A stretch of DNA of 36,980 bases, taken from assembly GCA_054600435.1 (NCBI GenBank), contig BAAIJX010000018.1, forward strand, positions 372,001 through 408,980. Reading direction: 5' to 3'. Source of the DNA: Neophaeotheca triangularis (taxonomy: Eukaryota). The notes beneath the pieces are model-generated. The model saw only the letters and a list, made by a program, of their open reading frames with translations, searched no databases and was not told where the DNA came from. A program made the translations under genes and the position numbers. Below, one piece after another: positions 34,124 to 36,980 of this stretch (position 1 is the first letter of the stretch; every line of letters begins with the position of its first letter).

Positions 34124-34885
34124 ATGAGCCCCGTCCCGCGCAACCGCAAACGCGCCGCCGTCGTCGACACGAACACTTCCCAAGAACAACACAGATCCCC
34201 CAAACGCGCCCGCCACCCTTCTCTCAACACCACAGCCTTCCTCGACACTTCAATAAGATCATACCATCAGCATCAACAAATCGTCTCGCAACAGAGACTC
34301 CCAGCCCCGCAAAACTCCAGCAATGAGCTCCCACGTACCGCTCACGTCGAACCCCCCTTCAGCCCCGGGCCAACTTACATGCTTGACAATGACACATCCC
34401 GTACCGCTCACGCTGGAATCCCACTCAGCCCCCGACCTACGTACATGCCCAACACCATCATCGAAACGATCGAGAAAGCCGCCGAGAGAAACCTCAACAC
34501 CGCCAGCGACAACGGACCCGTTGAAACCTCATCCCAAGCCAGCAGCGCCTCCGACCAACCCGACGTCTCCGGCGCCTCGATCAACGCGTCCAAGAAAGCC
34601 AAGCCCGCCTCTCCCACCCCCTTACGAACCACGCAAGCCAGCGTCGCGGCCAACACTTTCGACCCCACCTATGCCGAAGACGTGGAAAGAGCCGCTGGAC
34701 AAAAAGTCCAAGAGCTGCGAGCGATGCTGCAAGCGCTGACGAAGCATATTAGCAATTTGGAGGCGAGGAATCGAGAAGCCGAGGCCAAGGTCAAGGTGTT
34801 GGAAGCCGCGATTTTGGAAGCTAGAGTTGAGGCCGGGATGAGGGCGGAGAAGATGAAGGTGGCGGCGGAGTTGCTTGGGGGGTGA
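34124..34885 (+). CDS. Orphan D, 253 aa: N-terminal bipartite NLS, 22-aa internal duplication, C-terminal coiled coil
   Basis: ATCATG start context; RNRKR-x-SPKRAR; RTAHVEPPFSPGPTYM / RTAHAGIPLSPRPTYM; VQELRAMLQALTKHISNLEARNREAEAKVKVLEAAI. Confidence 0.75.
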   Translation: MSPVPRNRKRAAVVDTNTSQEQHRSPKRARHPSLNTTAFLDTSIRSYHQHQQIVSQQRLPAPQNSSNELPRTAHVEPPFSPGPTYMLDNDTSRTAHAGIPLSPRPTYMPNTIIETIEKAAERNLNTASDNGPVETSSQASSASDQPDVSGASINASKKAKPASPTPLRTTQASVAANTFDPTYAEDVERAAGQKVQELRAMLQALTKHISNLEARNREAEAKVKVLEAAILEARVEAGMRAEKMKVAAELLGG

Positions 34886-35604
34886 GGTCGGGAAGGGGGT
34901 TGGTGGCAGGGAGGCAGGGAGGGGAGGCGGTGAGTGTAGTGGAGTGGGCGTGGTGGGTTCGAGGGCGGGCTTCTGGAGTTTCAATTGGTGTTTGTGGCGT
35001 GGCGAAGGGACGGCGCTCAAAAGACGAAACTTGAGTTGTTGCAGCTTTAGCTTCATGGGCATTTTCGGCAGATGGACCATATGCGGCCAGAACATCGTTT
35101 GCGGCATCTTCTCCAACTCTGAGGCTCAAGAAAGAAGGGAAAGGGAGGGGGTCGCTCGGGTTTCACCTAGGTCATGATTAGCGTCACGTTTTCACTCGGC
35201 TTACGAGGCCACCGTGGCGTCGTTCCAGCGAGACTGGTGAAGTTGTTGGTGATGGGGAAAGTAGCGACGGCTGTTGGGAGCAAGACTCAAGCCCGTCTCT
35301 TGATTTTCTCAAACTCGCTGCTATGTCGTATATAAGCTCGCCCTCGCTCAAGGCCCAGAGTTGCTCCTAGTACAAGTTCTCGGTCCCTACGTGGCTCAAC
35401 ACGACGTCAGACGTCCCGTCGCCTTTCTTCCATTTGTAAAGGAACGAGCTTTCTGGCATGGCGTTTGGCTCCTTTCGCAGCTTGCCAAGCGTCACAGCTT
35501 TCCGTCGTACTGCATGTCCGAATATCCAACGCTGAAAGCTCAATTTCACTTCAATCGCTAAATCCCAGCAATACCGCATAACACCAAATCCACTCTTCAA
35601 CCTC

Positions 35605-36234
35605 TCAAGCCTTCTCAAGCGCCTTGGCCAACTCCCTCCCCAAAGTCTCTAATTCCCCAACATCGCCTTTCTGCGGCCCTTGTCTCTCCAAAGCCAATCC
35701 ACTGTCCACCCACTCCTTGGCCTCCTCTTTCCTCCCCATCTCACGCAAGCAAACACCCCTCCTCCACCAGCCCTTGACATTCCCCACCTTCTTGACCTCA
35801 ACCGCCACCTCGGCATCCACAGCCCCTTCAGCCCAGTTCTGCTGCGTCATGTGCACCTGCGCGCGGTTGTTGTACAACGCCGACATCTCCTCTCGCACGA
35901 GGCCGGAAGCTTCCCAGCCGGGACGATCGGCGGCCATTTTGAGCGCGAGGTTGTAGAAGTTCAGGGCTTCCTCGTAAGAACCCTTTTTGTAGGATGCGTT
36001 GCCGGATTCGCGGAGTTTGGTGATTTGGACCGAGCGTTTGGGGTTTACGGGAGCGGGAGGTGTGGGTACTTGGTTGGGGGTCTCGAGGGCGAGGACTTGA
36101 CGGTGGAGTTTGTTGAGTTCTTCGAGTTGAGCTTCGAGGGCTGGGTCGGAGGTGGTGGTTGAGATGGCTTTGGTGGAGGGGTCGATGGTTAGGGGGAGTT
36201 GATGGAAAGTGTCGACAGGGGATTGCGCGGCCAT
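35605..36234 (-). CDS. SEC72: Translocation protein Sec72 (TPR subunit of the Sec63 complex), 209 aa
   Basis: LPLTIDPSTKAI, LEELNKLHR, PPAPVNPKRS, KLRESGN, RPGWEASGLVREE, KGWWRRG TPR pattern. Confidence 0.88.
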   Translation of the reverse strand: MAAQSPVDTFHQLPLTIDPSTKAISTTTSDPALEAQLEELNKLHRQVLALETPNQVPTPPAPVNPKRSVQITKLRESGNASYKKGSYEEALNFYNLALKMAADRPGWEASGLVREEMSALYNNRAQVHMTQQNWAEGAVDAEVAVEVKKVGNVKGWWRRGVCLREMGRKEEAKEWVDSGLALERQGPQKGDVGELETLGRELAKALEKA

Positions 36235-36980
36235 GTTTGTGGTGAGTTATGGGGGTGAGACTTTTTCAATGCGAATGCTGAGCAAAGGTGGAGTTGTATT
36301 TGGATCGGGTTGGAGGTAGCACGCGACGGACGTATCTTGGTCACGAGTGAAATGAGTCCTGCGATCCAGGTGCTCCTTATGGTCTGAGGTAAGTTCTGGC
36401 CTTTGGTCCAGAGAAAGACAGTCTACCTTTTGGTGAAACTTGAAGGAGTATCTCGGTGTGCGTGGTTTCAGATGTATCCCCAGTAATGCCCTCTGTTCCC
36501 ACGCAATGAACAGGTGTAGTCGTCCAAGGCTGGACCCTTGCCGAGCCGATCTCTTCGAGCATCTTATCTGATGTGTTATCGATAAGATATGCGGCGAGAT
36601 ATGCAGGAACAGCCGAGCAAATCCGCCATCTATTTCCGTCGGTCGTCGTTGTGCAAGTACTGAGTTAGTGAACTAGTACTAGGTAGGACTAGGTGGTAGC
36701 ATTAGTGGATACATGTAGACTGTTGTAGTGTTTGACTTGGGTTTTTTTGTCTCGCCAGCAACGAGCCGAGTCCAAACCAGACCAATCCTATTGCAGTATC
36801 GCTTCCAATTCTCCAGTACTCGTCTTGCATGAAACTCACTATTAGATGCTTCCTGCTTCACTACTGCTCCATGTCTGACCTGGCGCAGTTCGAAGCATAG
36901 TCTCCACCAAACACCTGCGCGAGACAACAACAACAACGACGACAAAGCACAAAAACAACTCTTGAACCATGCTGCCCCCC

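Overview
Gene-dense eukaryotic DNA from a filamentous ascomycete, with short GT-AG introns and CTRAC branch points; a Dothideomycete origin is plausible but only inferred. Recognisable genes: a Zn-dependent alcohol dehydrogenase, cytosolic seryl-tRNA synthetase, mitochondrial Hsp60, SUMO E1 subunit Aos1, a lipid-droplet hydrolase, Kae1, the BAR protein Rvs161/Hob3, a copper amine oxidase with a PTS2, and Sec72. Three things stand out. (1) Four co-oriented orphan genes (29.6-34.9 kb) share one layout: bipartite NLS, Pro/Ser-rich linker, charged helical or coiled-coil C-terminus. All four upstream regions carry the 8-mer CTATTGTC (10 exact copies, all on the sense strand), which resembles an HMG-box site. 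(2) The rvs161 gene has two introns (195 and 723 nt) that are multiples of 3 and open in frame, i.e. candidate exitrons. (3) An 817-codon ORF is followed, after a single TAG, by 161 more in-frame, coding-like codons. No RNA genes, CRISPR arrays or intact mobile elements were recognised. Family calls come from motif recognition by eye, not database searches.
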